From Planctomycetota bacterium (lineage in GTDB: Bacteria; Planctomycetota; MHYJ01; WSZJ01), in contig JBBTCT010000007.1 of the NCBI GenBank assembly GCA_038060895.1, positions 1-64,000 of the forward strand: a stretch of 64,000 nucleotides of DNA. The letters are read 5' to 3'. Below, one piece after another: positions 55,033-64,000 of the stretch. A program made the position numbers and the translations under genes. Position 1 is the stretch's first letter; the number at the start of each line of letters is the position of its first letter. Below the pieces are notes generated by a model. That model saw only the letters and a program-made list of their open reading frames with translations. It did not search any database and was not told where the DNA came from.

Positions 55033-56625
55033 CTACTTGAACCGGATCCGCTCCCCCGCCGGCGCGACAACCTTCGCCGCCTTGCACGCTTCCACTTGCG
55101 CGTCCAGCAGATCGATCCCGGTCTCGGCGCGGTTCTTGCCGTTCTTGAAGACGCCGTGGCCGTCGCCGCCCGCGGCGAGAAATGAGTTGGTGACGACCTT
55201 GTAGGTGCGGGTGGCGTCCCATGGCTCGCCGGCGACCTTCGTGATGGTGACGCGGCTACCGCCGGCTCCCTTGGCATCGACTTCGGCTTCGAGCCCCGAC
55301 GCGTCGAGGAACGTCGCGTTCTCCGCCGTGGAATACTCGAGGATGGCGTCGAGCTCCGCGCCGGTCAGGTCCATCGTGGTCAGCGTGTTGGAAAACGGGC
55401 TGATCTCATACATCTCGCGGACGCGGATCTTTCCGGCCGGGAGGTCGGCGCGGATGCCGGTGCGGTTGGTCAGCGCGACGTGCGCTCCCGCCTTCTTGCG
55501 CATGACGTCACAGACCCAGTTTCCCAGCGGCGACGAACCTCGGCCGCCCCGAAGAAGCGCTTCCGGCGCTTCCCCGATCTCGACGTTCATCGTGGCGTCG
55601 ATCTCCTTCGCGTAGCGCGCGATCAGCGCCTTTGCCTCAGCGTCTTCTCCGTCGGCCGGGCGGACGGAGACGTGGGAAGCGGATTTCGCGACAACCTTTC
55701 CGCCTTCGAGCGTGAGCTCGGCGCGACCAAGGACGGTGCCGCCGGCGAAGCACTGGCAGACGAGCGTGCCGTCTGGGGCGGCCTTGCCGCTGGTCAGGCC
55801 CGTGTGGGAATGGCCGCCGATGATGAGCGGGACCTTCGTTGCCGCGGCAATTTCCAGGTCGCGGTCCACGCCGCAGTGCGTCACCGGTACGACGATGCGT
55901 CCGTCGTCTTTAAGGTACTTCTTCAGCGTCGTGATCTCGTCGTCGAAGCGCATGGCCTTGATGGCCTCGGGCATGACGAGCGTGTCCATCCGGCTGGTGA
56001 TCAGCCCGACGAAGAGGATCCGGTTCCCCGAGAGCGAAAACGTGCGCGTCGCACGGCACCACGAGGGCCGATTGCCGCTCTTCCACCTGATGTTCGCGCC
56101 GAGGAAGGGGAAATGGGCGACGTCCGCGAGGTCGGCGATGGTCCCGTGCCCCTTGTCGAACTCATGATTCCCGATCGTGGCGAAGTCGTACCCCGCGAGG
56201 TTCATCCATTCGACCACGAGCCGGCCGCGCGGCAGGTCGCCCTCGGGGGTCCCCTGGAACCAGTCGCCGGCGTCGACGAGGACGACCGCGGAGTTGTCAT
56301 TCCAGGCTTTCGTGCGTTCTCGGCGGATCGTGGCAAGGAGCGCCGCCAGGCCGCCGACTTCCGGAGGGTTCTGCTTGTCGAGCCAGACCGCTTTTTGCGG
56401 GTAAGCGCGGCCGTGGAGGTCGTTGGTGTGAAGAATGACTACTTTGACGGACTTTGGAGTTGCGCTGTCGTCGGCCAGGACCGCGATCGCGGAGCAGACG
56501 ATGAGGGAGAAGTAGAACCACCGGCGGAAATGGCTGGCGAAGGCTGGCGGAAGCGGGCGAAGGCTGGCCGAGGCTTTCTCTAGCGGAGGATTCAGGATCG
56601 TACGAGTCGCGTCGAAGATCCGCAC
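55033..56625 (-). CDS. Bifunctional 5'-nucleotidase/UDP-sugar hydrolase
   Basis: HTNDLHG, DAGD, GNHEFD, GGHSH, NRTGIR, PFSN and GGDG motifs; GAGGAGGAGG SD before the GTG. Confidence 0.93.
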   Translation of the reverse strand: MRIFDATRTILNPPLEKASASLRPLPPAFASHFRRWFYFSLIVCSAIAVLADDSATPKSVKVVILHTNDLHGRAYPQKAVWLDKQNPPEVGGLAALLATIRRERTKAWNDNSAVVLVDAGDWFQGTPEGDLPRGRLVVEWMNLAGYDFATIGNHEFDKGHGTIADLADVAHFPFLGANIRWKSGNRPSWCRATRTFSLSGNRILFVGLITSRMDTLVMPEAIKAMRFDDEITTLKKYLKDDGRIVVPVTHCGVDRDLEIAAATKVPLIIGGHSHTGLTSGKAAPDGTLVCQCFAGGTVLGRAELTLEGGKVVAKSASHVSVRPADGEDAEAKALIARYAKEIDATMNVEIGEAPEALLRGGRGSSPLGNWVCDVMRKKAGAHVALTNRTGIRADLPAGKIRVREMYEISPFSNTLTTMDLTGAELDAILEYSTAENATFLDASGLEAEVDAKGAGGSRVTITKVAGEPWDATRTYKVVTNSFLAAGGDGHGVFKNGKNRAETGIDLLDAQVEACKAAKVVAPAGERIRFK

Positions 56626-56763
56626 TCCGCCTCCTCCTCAGTCCACGCTCGCACAAGGGAGCGTTGAACATTCCGCGACACTTCAATCAGGCCCTAACAT
56701 CTCTTTCACCCAGCCCGTACCAGCCTCTTGCAGCCTCCGCCAGCCTCCGCAGCGTCCGCCAGC

Positions 56764-58368
56764 CTACTTAACAACCGCCTGTCCCCCCGTCATCTCCGCC
56801 AGGTCTTCCATGAACTCCTCCGCCCCCTTCCCCGTCAGGACGGTGTGGATCATCACCTTGCGGTAACGGTTGGAACGGCGCAGTTCGACGAGAAAGTGCT
56901 TCTTGTCCACGCACCCCCCGTAGCTCGGCCCGCCGTCGCTCAGGATGAACATCGTGTCGATGTCCTCGTCCGCCATCAGCTCTTCGTACGCATCCCACAT
57001 GTCGCCGCGCCCCCGCTTGATCGGCTCCAGCTTCTTCTTCGCGTCGAACGCCCACGTCAGGATCTTCGGCCGCGCCGCAGACACCGGGACGAGCATCTTC
57101 GAGAAGATCCGGACCTTCTCGATGATCGCCTGCGTGCTCATCACGAGAAGGTTGATCTTCACGTCCGGCTTCAGCCCCTGCACCGTCTTCTGGAATTCCT
57201 CCAGCGCAATGTCGATCTGCTTCTTCCCCTTCTGCTCCCCTGACCCGCTTGTCTTCTGGTCGTCGTCAAACATCGAACCGCTGAAGTCGATCGTGAAGCC
57301 GATCCGGTCGGAGAGAATCGGCACGTCGTAGAAAGCGACCTCCGTGCCGCCTCCGCCCGCTGCGACGTTGACGCTGCGTTTCGCCGGCTTCTTGCCGAGC
57401 TTGAAGGTCTCCTTCGCCGTGTTCCACCAGAGCTTCCAGTCCGCCGCGTTGAAGCCGATCTCCTTGCCGGTCATGCGGCGAAGCGTCATCGTGAAGTCGT
57501 ACCGCAACCGGCCCTTTTCTTTCACCATGGCGTCGATCAGCGGCTCAATACAGCGCTCCTCCCACACCCGCTCCATCACCCCGATCGCCGCGACACGCAC
57601 CTGCCAGGCCTCGTCCTTGAGCGCGACCCCGGCCGCGCCAAATCCGTCCTCCTGCCCCGCCTCAAACGCCCCTTCGCACACCGCGAGGCGCACCTGGTAC
57701 GCCTTGTCTTTCTGGGCCTTGGGAAGCGCTTCCCGGAACTTGTCCGGGGCGCAGGCGCCCAGCGCGTAGAGCGCGGCGGCGTGGGATTGCCATGCGGCGT
57801 CGGTGAGCAACTTCACGAGGGGCTCGGCGGCCGCCGCGGATCTCCGTTCGAAGAGTGCGAACGCCGCCTCCTCCTTCACCTGCCACGCGGAGTCCTTGAG
57901 CGCGGCGATGAGGACCTCTTCCTTCCCCTTGTCACCGAACATGCCGATCGAGCGGACGGCCGAAGCGCGGGCGGCGGCGTCCCTTTCGCCCCCACCGGCC
58001 GCCTTTTCAAGGGCCGGGAAGTACGCCTCGTTCCCCGACACGCCGAACCCCCAGTACGCCGTCGCTCTGCCTTCCGGAGCCCGGAGGGTCACCGCGTTCG
58101 CGGCCAGCCAGGCCACGGCATCCTTGTCGCTGAAGTCGGACACGGCAAGCCCCGCGAATTCGCGCACGGCGGGCTCTTCGTCTCCGCAATGCGGCAGCAC
58201 GGCCTGCGCGGCCTTGACGGAACCGATTTTCGCGAGCTTCCCGAACGCCTTCGTCCGGTCCCAGTAAGCGCCGTATTCCTTGTCCTTCGCCTGGCGTTCC
58301 AGGTCGCCCAACTCGTCTGCCCGCGCAGAAAGAAGTGCGAGGGCCGTGAACATGAGGGTTCGGAGCAT
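56764..58368 (-). CDS. Exported HEAT-repeat + VWA-domain protein
   Basis: Signal peptide; repeated 'LKDxAWQV' HEAT units; MIDAS-like 'IDFSGSM' and 'ILSDG'. Confidence 0.85.
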   Translation of the reverse strand: MLRTLMFTALALLSARADELGDLERQAKDKEYGAYWDRTKAFGKLAKIGSVKAAQAVLPHCGDEEPAVREFAGLAVSDFSDKDAVAWLAANAVTLRAPEGRATAYWGFGVSGNEAYFPALEKAAGGGERDAAARASAVRSIGMFGDKGKEEVLIAALKDSAWQVKEEAAFALFERRSAAAAEPLVKLLTDAAWQSHAAALYALGACAPDKFREALPKAQKDKAYQVRLAVCEGAFEAGQEDGFGAAGVALKDEAWQVRVAAIGVMERVWEERCIEPLIDAMVKEKGRLRYDFTMTLRRMTGKEIGFNAADWKLWWNTAKETFKLGKKPAKRSVNVAAGGGGTEVAFYDVPILSDRIGFTIDFSGSMFDDDQKTSGSGEQKGKKQIDIALEEFQKTVQGLKPDVKINLLVMSTQAIIEKVRIFSKMLVPVSAARPKILTWAFDAKKKLEPIKRGRGDMWDAYEELMADEDIDTMFILSDGGPSYGGCVDKKHFLVELRRSNRYRKVMIHTVLTGKGAEEFMEDLAEMTGGQAVVK

Positions 58369-58491
58369 AGTTCCTCGCTTGAAGCGACTTGGGTCAAAGC
58401 GCAGGTCGGCGACGGGCCTCCCGTCCCGGCTTGCCGCCCCCAGAGCCGGGCATTCTGCACAAGTCCTTTGGGTTTTCACAAAGAACTCATG

Positions 58492-58529
58492 AAAAAGGGC
58501 GCTTCTCGAGTTCGCGAGAAGCGCCCTTT
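58492..58529 (-). terminator. Rho-independent terminator
   Basis: AAAAAGGGCGCTTCTCG...CGAGAAGCGCCCTTT just downstream of the 58546 stop. Confidence 0.8.
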
Positions 58530-58545
58530 GGATCCAGCTGACGTT

Positions 58546-59664
58546 CTACTTTCCGAGCGGTTCTTTCACGGCCTTGACCCAGTTCGGGAAGTCGCCGCCG
58601 TACATGTCGTTGAAGCGACCGGCGAGCTTCTGGAACTCGCCGGCGAGTTTGTCCTTCTGCTCCTGCGCCGCCTCAAGGTTGGATAGCGTGTGGAAACACC
58701 GCGCAGCCATCATCATGGCCTTGGCGTGGTCATCAATCAGGTCGGTTCCGCTCGGCTGGTAGAGCGTCACGGTGCGGAGGAAGCAGTACAGCGCCTCTTT
58801 CACGTTCTCCGCCGCGAGGCCGCCGGTGAGGATGCACTCGCCCAGGCCGTTGTACGCGCGGCCGAGCGTCGCTGAGTGAGAGCGGTCGGCATTGTCGATG
58901 ACCTTCTGGAACGAGGCCTTCGCCTTGTCGAACTCCTTGGCGCCGAGCTGGCATGTGCCGAGGCCGGCGTAGGCCGCCCACTGAACGCGCGGCGTCTTGT
59001 GGTTCAGGAGGCCGTTGTAAACGCCCAGCGCCGAGGCGCCCTGTCCCTGGCGTTCGTACATGCGCGCGTCCTTGAGCTTGAGCTCGCCGACGAAGTCCTC
59101 GCTCAACCCCAGGTCTTTAGCTTTCGCGGAAATCTCCGAGATGTACTTGCGAGCCTCGGCGTAATTCGGCGGAGATCCGAACATGAAGCAGTCGACGATC
59201 GCCGAGTACGCGTCTTTGATGTAGAAGCTGTCCGGGAAATCCTTCAGCAGCTTCTGGTACGCGAGCGCGGCCTCGCCGAAATTCATCGACAGCCGGTGCG
59301 CCTCGGCCAGCTTGAAGCCGCACTCCTGCTTGAGCACCTGGCGGGTGCCGCCGGAAGCGTAGGCCTTGGCGAAGTTCGCTGCGGCCTCGGGGTACTTCTG
59401 GGCGGCGAACTGCGAGCGCCCGTTGTTCATTGCGGGAGGGATGGACGTTTCGTCCCAGTTGATGTCGCCGATGACCGACTCACGCTTGGCGGTGTACACC
59501 GAACTTGTTCCCGGCAGGAGCAGGCCGATTTCCGTGCTGGTCACTTTCTGGACTTCCCCTTCCATCGTCTTGCCGCCCGTCACGGTGATGGAGTCCACGT
59601 ACTGGGCGTGGGCCAGGGAGGAGACGGCGAAGAATGCGGCGCAAAGGCAAAGGCGGATCGGCAT
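58546..59664 (-). CDS. Exported TPR protein
   Basis: Signal peptide ending 'AHA'; 'YQKLLKDFPDS', 'AYAGLG' and 'AYNGLG' TPR motifs. Confidence 0.82.
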   Translation of the reverse strand: MPIRLCLCAAFFAVSSLAHAQYVDSITVTGGKTMEGEVQKVTSTEIGLLLPGTSSVYTAKRESVIGDINWDETSIPPAMNNGRSQFAAQKYPEAAANFAKAYASGGTRQVLKQECGFKLAEAHRLSMNFGEAALAYQKLLKDFPDSFYIKDAYSAIVDCFMFGSPPNYAEARKYISEISAKAKDLGLSEDFVGELKLKDARMYERQGQGASALGVYNGLLNHKTPRVQWAAYAGLGTCQLGAKEFDKAKASFQKVIDNADRSHSATLGRAYNGLGECILTGGLAAENVKEALYCFLRTVTLYQPSGTDLIDDHAKAMMMAARCFHTLSNLEAAQEQKDKLAGEFQKLAGRFNDMYGGDFPNWVKAVKEPLGK

Positions 59665-59703
59665 GGGTGGTTCCTTTCGTGGCCCCTGTCGGAAGGGAAG
59701 CGG

Positions 59704-59731
59704 ATTCTAGCGGGAGAGAGGTTCGAGTCAA
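59704..59731 (-). promoter_or_regulatory. Sigma70-type promoter of the TPR gene
   Basis: Minus strand reads TTGACT-16nt-TAGAAT. Confidence 0.55.
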
Positions 59732-59873
59732 GGACGGGACGTACGAACGGGGGGCAGTGTGTTTGGGTCTGGCGGATCTGCACCTGGTACCAACGTAAGC
59801 GGGCGGCTGAAGTTCGGAGGGCCTTGTTCCGCCTCTTTTCATCCAGCTCCGCGATCTCTACCATTCCCCCTTC

Positions 59874-62525
59874 ATGCCCAAGATCGTCCACACTGAAAGC
59901 GGCGCTACCCGCGAGTACACGCTCGGCGAGATCGCCATCACTGTCGGCCGGGCGGCGCGGCATGCCATTCCGACTCTCGATTCGCGCGCCAGCCGCGACC
60001 ATTTCCGCATCGAACTCGTCGCAGGCGGCTATGTCGCCACGGACCTCGGGAGCCGCAACGGCACGCTTCTGAACGGCGAACTGCTCGACAAACCGCGCTC
60101 CCTTCGCCCCGGCGACCGCCTGATGATCGGGGCGGCGGTGTTCCAGTTCATGGACGGGACGATTACGACTCCGGCGCCGGAGCCTTCGGTCGCGGCGGCC
60201 GTGGAAGCGCACGCGAAGAGGGATGTTGCCGAGCCTGCCGCCGTGGCGCCGGCACCCGCGCCCGTTGCTGCCCCGCCGGCGGCGGTTGCTGCCGCTCCTG
60301 CTCCCGCGCCCATCCCGACGGCGCCCTCCCACCTCGAAGTCCTTCGCGCCGACGGTTCGGTTGCGACGCACTCGCTGGGGGCGACGCCGCTGGTGATCGG
60401 CCGCGCCAGGGAGTGCTCGATCCCGATCGACGACCACAAGCTTTCCAGCCGCCACGTCGAGGTCTCCGAGACCGACCAGGGAATCCTCGTGAAGGACCTC
60501 AAGTCCACGAACGGCACCAAGTTCGACGGACAGCCGTTCGAGGCGCGGCTCTTCAAGGACAAGGAGAAATTCACGGCCGGCGACGTTACGTTCCGCATCG
60601 CAGCGCCACGGTTCGGCATTCCCGGCAAGACCGCGACGAAATCCCGCCGCCCCGGCCCCCTGGCGCTCGCCATTTTCGCGGCGCTTCTCATCCTCGGCGG
60701 CGCAGCCATCGTCGCGCCCTCGCTGATCGGGAAGCTCGTTGACCTCCCGCCGACCGTCGCCACCGACCACGACAACCTCCTCGGCGCCGCCGGTTCCCTC
60801 GAGAAAGGGCAGGAAGGCTGGTCCGTTGCGGCCGACGCGAACTACCAGGTCGCCGCCGATCGCGAGCAGCACAAGGACGGCGGCTTCTCCCTCGCCGTCC
60901 GCGGCGTCGATACGCGCGACCACTCCCTGTTCGCCGCTTCCAGCCCGCCCGTCCCCGTCTCACCCGGCGCGGCCCTCAAGCTCGAAGGCTGGGTCCGCGC
61001 CATGGCCCTTCAGGGACGCGCCGGACTCCGCATCGAATGGCTCAAGGCAGGCGTCGTCGCCGGAACGACGTCGACGGATCTCCTGGAGGGGACGTTTGAG
61101 TGGAAGCGCCTCTCCGTCGTCGCCGTTCCGCCACCAGGGGCGGACCAGGCGCGCGCGGCCTGCATCATCGCCGGGATCGCCAGCGCGACCTGGTTCGATG
61201 CCCTCAGGCTGTCCGCCACGAAGGAAACCCCCGGCGGCGCCACATGGCCCACCACCTGGGGCCGCCTCACTATCGACGACGTCGCGGCGCTTCGACTGGA
61301 CCTGGCCAACTCGCCTCTTCTCTGGAACGGCACGCTGCTCATCGAGGAAAAGGGGTACCCGACGACGCCCACGCCGCTGTGGCTCGGCGAGCGCGACGGC
61401 GAGCCCATGTCCGTCGGCACAGGATTTACCGCCACCCGAAAGGTGGGCCGCCTCGGCTCCGTCACCCTGTTCGGCGTCCATGCCGACATGGAAGACTCCG
61501 TCTCTTGGAAGGTGGACGCCGCCCGCGAAGGCGCCGTCCTGTTCGTCGCTGACCTCGACCCCGCCGTCGCCGCCCGCCTCACGACGCGCATCGGCGAACT
61601 CGTCGAACCTCGTGACGGCCCGTTTGCAGCCGCCCAGTGCTCCGAACTCGTCCTCGGCGACGCTCCGGCGCTCCTCCTTGACCCCCCGGCCGACGTCAAG
61701 CTCGAGGGCGCCCGCCTCACGCTCCGCTGGTCCCCCCGTCCTGCCGAAGTCGCGCTTCACATGCGCCCCGCTCCGTCCTGGGTCGAAAAGGAAGTCCGAA
61801 CCCTCTTCGCCGACGCCAACGCCGCCGCACGCGCTTCCCTGCTGGGCAAGGCGCTCGTCATTTTCGAGGACCTGGGGAAGCGCTATCCGGACCGGGAGGA
61901 AGGGCGCACGGGAGCCACGCGGGGAAAGGACCTGCGCGCGCAGGCGGACGAAGTCGCGAGGAAGGCGCGTGCGGAGGTCTCCAACGCGAAGAAGTACCCG
62001 AGCAAGGCGACCACGCAGATCGCGATGGACCTGATCGACCAGCTCGAGCGCCAATGGGAAGGCTCAGAGTTCGCCGCGGAAGGCGCGAAATTGCGCCTGG
62101 TCATGTCGGGGGATACCGCCGAGAAGCCGCCCGACGAAACGCCCAAACCTCCGGACGAGACGCCCAAGCCTCCCCCGAAGGAACCTGTCGAGAACGCGCA
62201 GACGCTTCTCAAGTGGGCTGAAGAGGCGCTCGCGAAGGAAGAGTGGCTCAAGGCCGAGATATTCGCGCGCAACGTGCTCGACCGTTGGCCAGGATCACCC
62301 GAGGAAATGAAAGCAGGCGAACTGCTGGGACGCGCGACCAGCGGGGGCAAGGCGGCGCGGGAACGGGATGCGTGGATCCGGGAGACGCTGACGAAGGCGC
62401 GGAACCTGGTGAAGAACCGGCAATCGGACAAAGCGGCGCCGCTGTTTGAGGAGGTGCTGAAGAAATACCCCGACAGTCCGCTGGTGAAGGGTGTCGCGGA
62501 AGAGCTGGCGAAAATAAGGAAGTGA
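59874..62525 (+). CDS. Double FHA + TM + carbohydrate-binding-like + TPR protein
   Basis: 'VGR...SRDH...DLGSRNGT' and 'IGR...SSRH...DLKSTNGT'; TM helix; jelly-roll '...WFDALRL'; 'KKYPDS' TPR-like ends. Confidence 0.85.
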   Translation: MPKIVHTESGATREYTLGEIAITVGRAARHAIPTLDSRASRDHFRIELVAGGYVATDLGSRNGTLLNGELLDKPRSLRPGDRLMIGAAVFQFMDGTITTPAPEPSVAAAVEAHAKRDVAEPAAVAPAPAPVAAPPAAVAAAPAPAPIPTAPSHLEVLRADGSVATHSLGATPLVIGRARECSIPIDDHKLSSRHVEVSETDQGILVKDLKSTNGTKFDGQPFEARLFKDKEKFTAGDVTFRIAAPRFGIPGKTATKSRRPGPLALAIFAALLILGGAAIVAPSLIGKLVDLPPTVATDHDNLLGAAGSLEKGQEGWSVAADANYQVAADREQHKDGGFSLAVRGVDTRDHSLFAASSPPVPVSPGAALKLEGWVRAMALQGRAGLRIEWLKAGVVAGTTSTDLLEGTFEWKRLSVVAVPPPGADQARAACIIAGIASATWFDALRLSATKETPGGATWPTTWGRLTIDDVAALRLDLANSPLLWNGTLLIEEKGYPTTPTPLWLGERDGEPMSVGTGFTATRKVGRLGSVTLFGVHADMEDSVSWKVDAAREGAVLFVADLDPAVAARLTTRIGELVEPRDGPFAAAQCSELVLGDAPALLLDPPADVKLEGARLTLRWSPRPAEVALHMRPAPSWVEKEVRTLFADANAAARASLLGKALVIFEDLGKRYPDREEGRTGATRGKDLRAQADEVARKARAEVSNAKKYPSKATTQIAMDLIDQLERQWEGSEFAAEGAKLRLVMSGDTAEKPPDETPKPPDETPKPPPKEPVENAQTLLKWAEEALAKEEWLKAEIFARNVLDRWPGSPEEMKAGELLGRATSGGKAARERDAWIRETLTKARNLVKNRQSDKAAPLFEEVLKKYPDSPLVKGVAEELAKIRK

Positions 62526-62545
62526 GGAAAGGGCAGCGGCCCGGC

Positions 62546-63160
62546 TTAGTACCGCCGCAACACTCCCGTCACGACTCCCTGCACGCGAACTTCGTCCACC
62601 ACGATCGGCTGCATCGTGCTGTTGGCGGGCTGGAGACGGAACTTGCTCCCCTGCCGGTAAAAGCGCTTCAGCGTCGTCTCTCCGTTCGGCAGCAGGGCCA
62701 CCACGGTTTCGCCGTCCGTCGCACGCTCGCGCTTCTCGCAGACGACGTAGTCGCCGTCCTTGATGTGATCTTCGATCATGGAATTGCCGCGGACTTCGAG
62801 GAGGAAGCAATCCTTGCGTCCGACCATGAGGTCGCCGATATCCATGACTTCCTGGCTTTCGGCTGCTTCAAGGGGGGCGCCGGCGGTGATGCGGCCAAGA
62901 AGCGGCAGCGAGGTGCGGGGGCGGACGATGCCGCCCGGTTCGGCGTCATCGATGCCGACCGTGACTTCGATCGACCGGGAAAGGTAGCGCTGGCGGCGGA
63001 TGATGCCGCGGCGCTCGAGAGCGCGGAGGTGGTCCAGGATCGTGATTTTCGAGACGCCGATCTTGTCGGCGATTTCCTGCAGCGTCGGTGAGTACTGGTT
63101 GGTTTCCGTGAAGCCCTGGATGAACTTCAGGATGTTGAGCTGTTTCGGCGTGATATTCAT
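62546..63160 (-). CDS. lexA: SOS repressor LexA
   Basis: TPKQ...SPTLQEIA HTH; AG cleavage site (ITAGAP); GNSM serine; TLKR lysine; LQPANS. Confidence 0.96.
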   Translation of the reverse strand: MNITPKQLNILKFIQGFTETNQYSPTLQEIADKIGVSKITILDHLRALERRGIIRRQRYLSRSIEVTVGIDDAEPGGIVRPRTSLPLLGRITAGAPLEAAESQEVMDIGDLMVGRKDCFLLEVRGNSMIEDHIKDGDYVVCEKRERATDGETVVALLPNGETTLKRFYRQGSKFRLQPANSTMQPIVVDEVRVQGVVTGVLRRY

Positions 63161-63201
63161 GGTGAATCCTTGAGGAATCGAGTCGGTATCAGTTGTGGGA
63201 A

Positions 63202-63230
63202 ATTTTAGGCTAACAGTTACCCAACGTCAA
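63202..63230 (-). promoter_or_regulatory. lexA promoter with a palindrome in the spacer
   Basis: Minus strand reads TTGACG-17nt-TAAAAT; the spacer holds GGCTAAC-A-GTTACCC. Confidence 0.7.
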
Positions 63231-63529
63231 CCTTAGTTTCGGACGAACATTAAGCGGACTTGAGGTATTCCACCGAGATTCCCCAACTTCCCAACAAAGT
63301 TCTCAACATGCGCGCACGGGAAAAGGAAGTGCGAAGGATTGCGTCGCCCGGCCACTCTGGCGCGGGTTTGCGCCCTCCAGCACCCTGACTCACTCGCGCC
63401 AGACCGGCCGGGCGACGCACTCCTTCACACTCCCTTCACCCGTGCGCGCAAACTCCTTGCATCGGAGGGCATCTCGCCGTACCACTTCGGCTACAGATCG
63501 TTTCAGCGACCCTCAACACCGGGACCCCC

Positions 63530-64000
63530 ATGAGATTTGCCGCCCTTGTCGCCCTGCTCTTCCTTGCCGCGTCGGCCGTCGCCCAGGAAACGACGCCCCC
63601 TGCCGAACCGCCCAAGCCGGCCGAGCCGGAAGTGAAGCCGGAGCAGAAACCTGATCCCTTTGCCGGCGACGAACGCCGCAGGGCCCGTATGACGCTCGAG
63701 GAGTGCCTCAAAGCCGCGCTGGAGTCGAATCTCGACCTCGCCTACTCCCGCCTCCAGCCGGACCTCTCCCGCGGTGATATCCACGGCTTCAAGGGGACTT
63801 ACGACCCGATCCCCTACGTCACCGGCACCAGGCGGTCATCCAAAACCGGGACCGCTTCATCCCTGGCAGGCGCCGATGTCCTGTCTGACAAGCTCTGGGC
63901 GGCAGCCGTCGGGGTAAAGGGAACCTGGTTCCTGGGGACGACCTACGACATCAACTTCCAGACCAGCCGCGACGACACGAACAACACGTTCTCGACGCTC
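63530..64000 (+). CDS. TolC-family outer-membrane protein (truncated by the window end)
   Basis: Signal peptide MRFAALVALLFLAASAVA; 'MTLEECLKAALESNLDL...GTYDP'; open to the end of the window. Confidence 0.8.
   Translation, partial: MRFAALVALLFLAASAVAQETTPPAEPPKPAEPEVKPEQKPDPFAGDERRRARMTLEECLKAALESNLDLAYSRLQPDLSRGDIHGFKGTYDPIPYVTGTRRSSKTGTASSLAGADVLSDKLWAAAVGVKGTWFLGTTYDINFQTSRDDTNNTFSTL

Noticed and set aside
59720-59731. GGTTCGAGTC resembling a tRNA T-loop
   Set aside because: No acceptor, D or anticodon arms; better explained as the -35 region of the minus-strand promoter.
62125-62180. KPPDETP duplication in the FHA protein
   Set aside because: Ordinary Pro-rich linker duplication.

Overview
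High-GC bacterial chromosomal segment with about 60 genes. The mix of prenyltransferase-repeat, HEAT, WD40, DUF2330, FGE-kinase and STN-repeat proteins suggests Planctomycetota (inference). Housekeeping genes: trpS, mqnC, cobA-hemD, hemB, scpB, ruvB, beta-carbonic anhydrase, lexA. Other modules: an ECF sigma/ZAS anti-sigma pair; a signalling island (2 Ser/Thr kinases, PilZ, GAF-PP2C, RsbW-like, STAS); three tandem membrane-anchored triple-STN-domain paralogs; three VOC genes; and a complete nucleotide-scavenging cluster (5'-nucleotidase, BMP/ABC transporter, alkaline phosphatase, PNP, adenosine and cytidine deaminases). No tRNA, rRNA, CRISPR array, transposase or integrase was recognised. Main items for follow-up: a lipoprotein ORF with an in-frame TGA followed by a SECIS-like hairpin (candidate selenoprotein); recurrent intergenic 7-nt-period repeats and long hairpins with unrelated unit sequences; an orphan BoxB/PaaA-like di-iron gene behind a Fur-box-like palindrome; at least seven apparently leaderless promoters; a probable CTG start for cdd; two small ORFs missing from the ORF track; and a candidate LexA operator. 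All family calls come from motif recognition by eye, not database searches.
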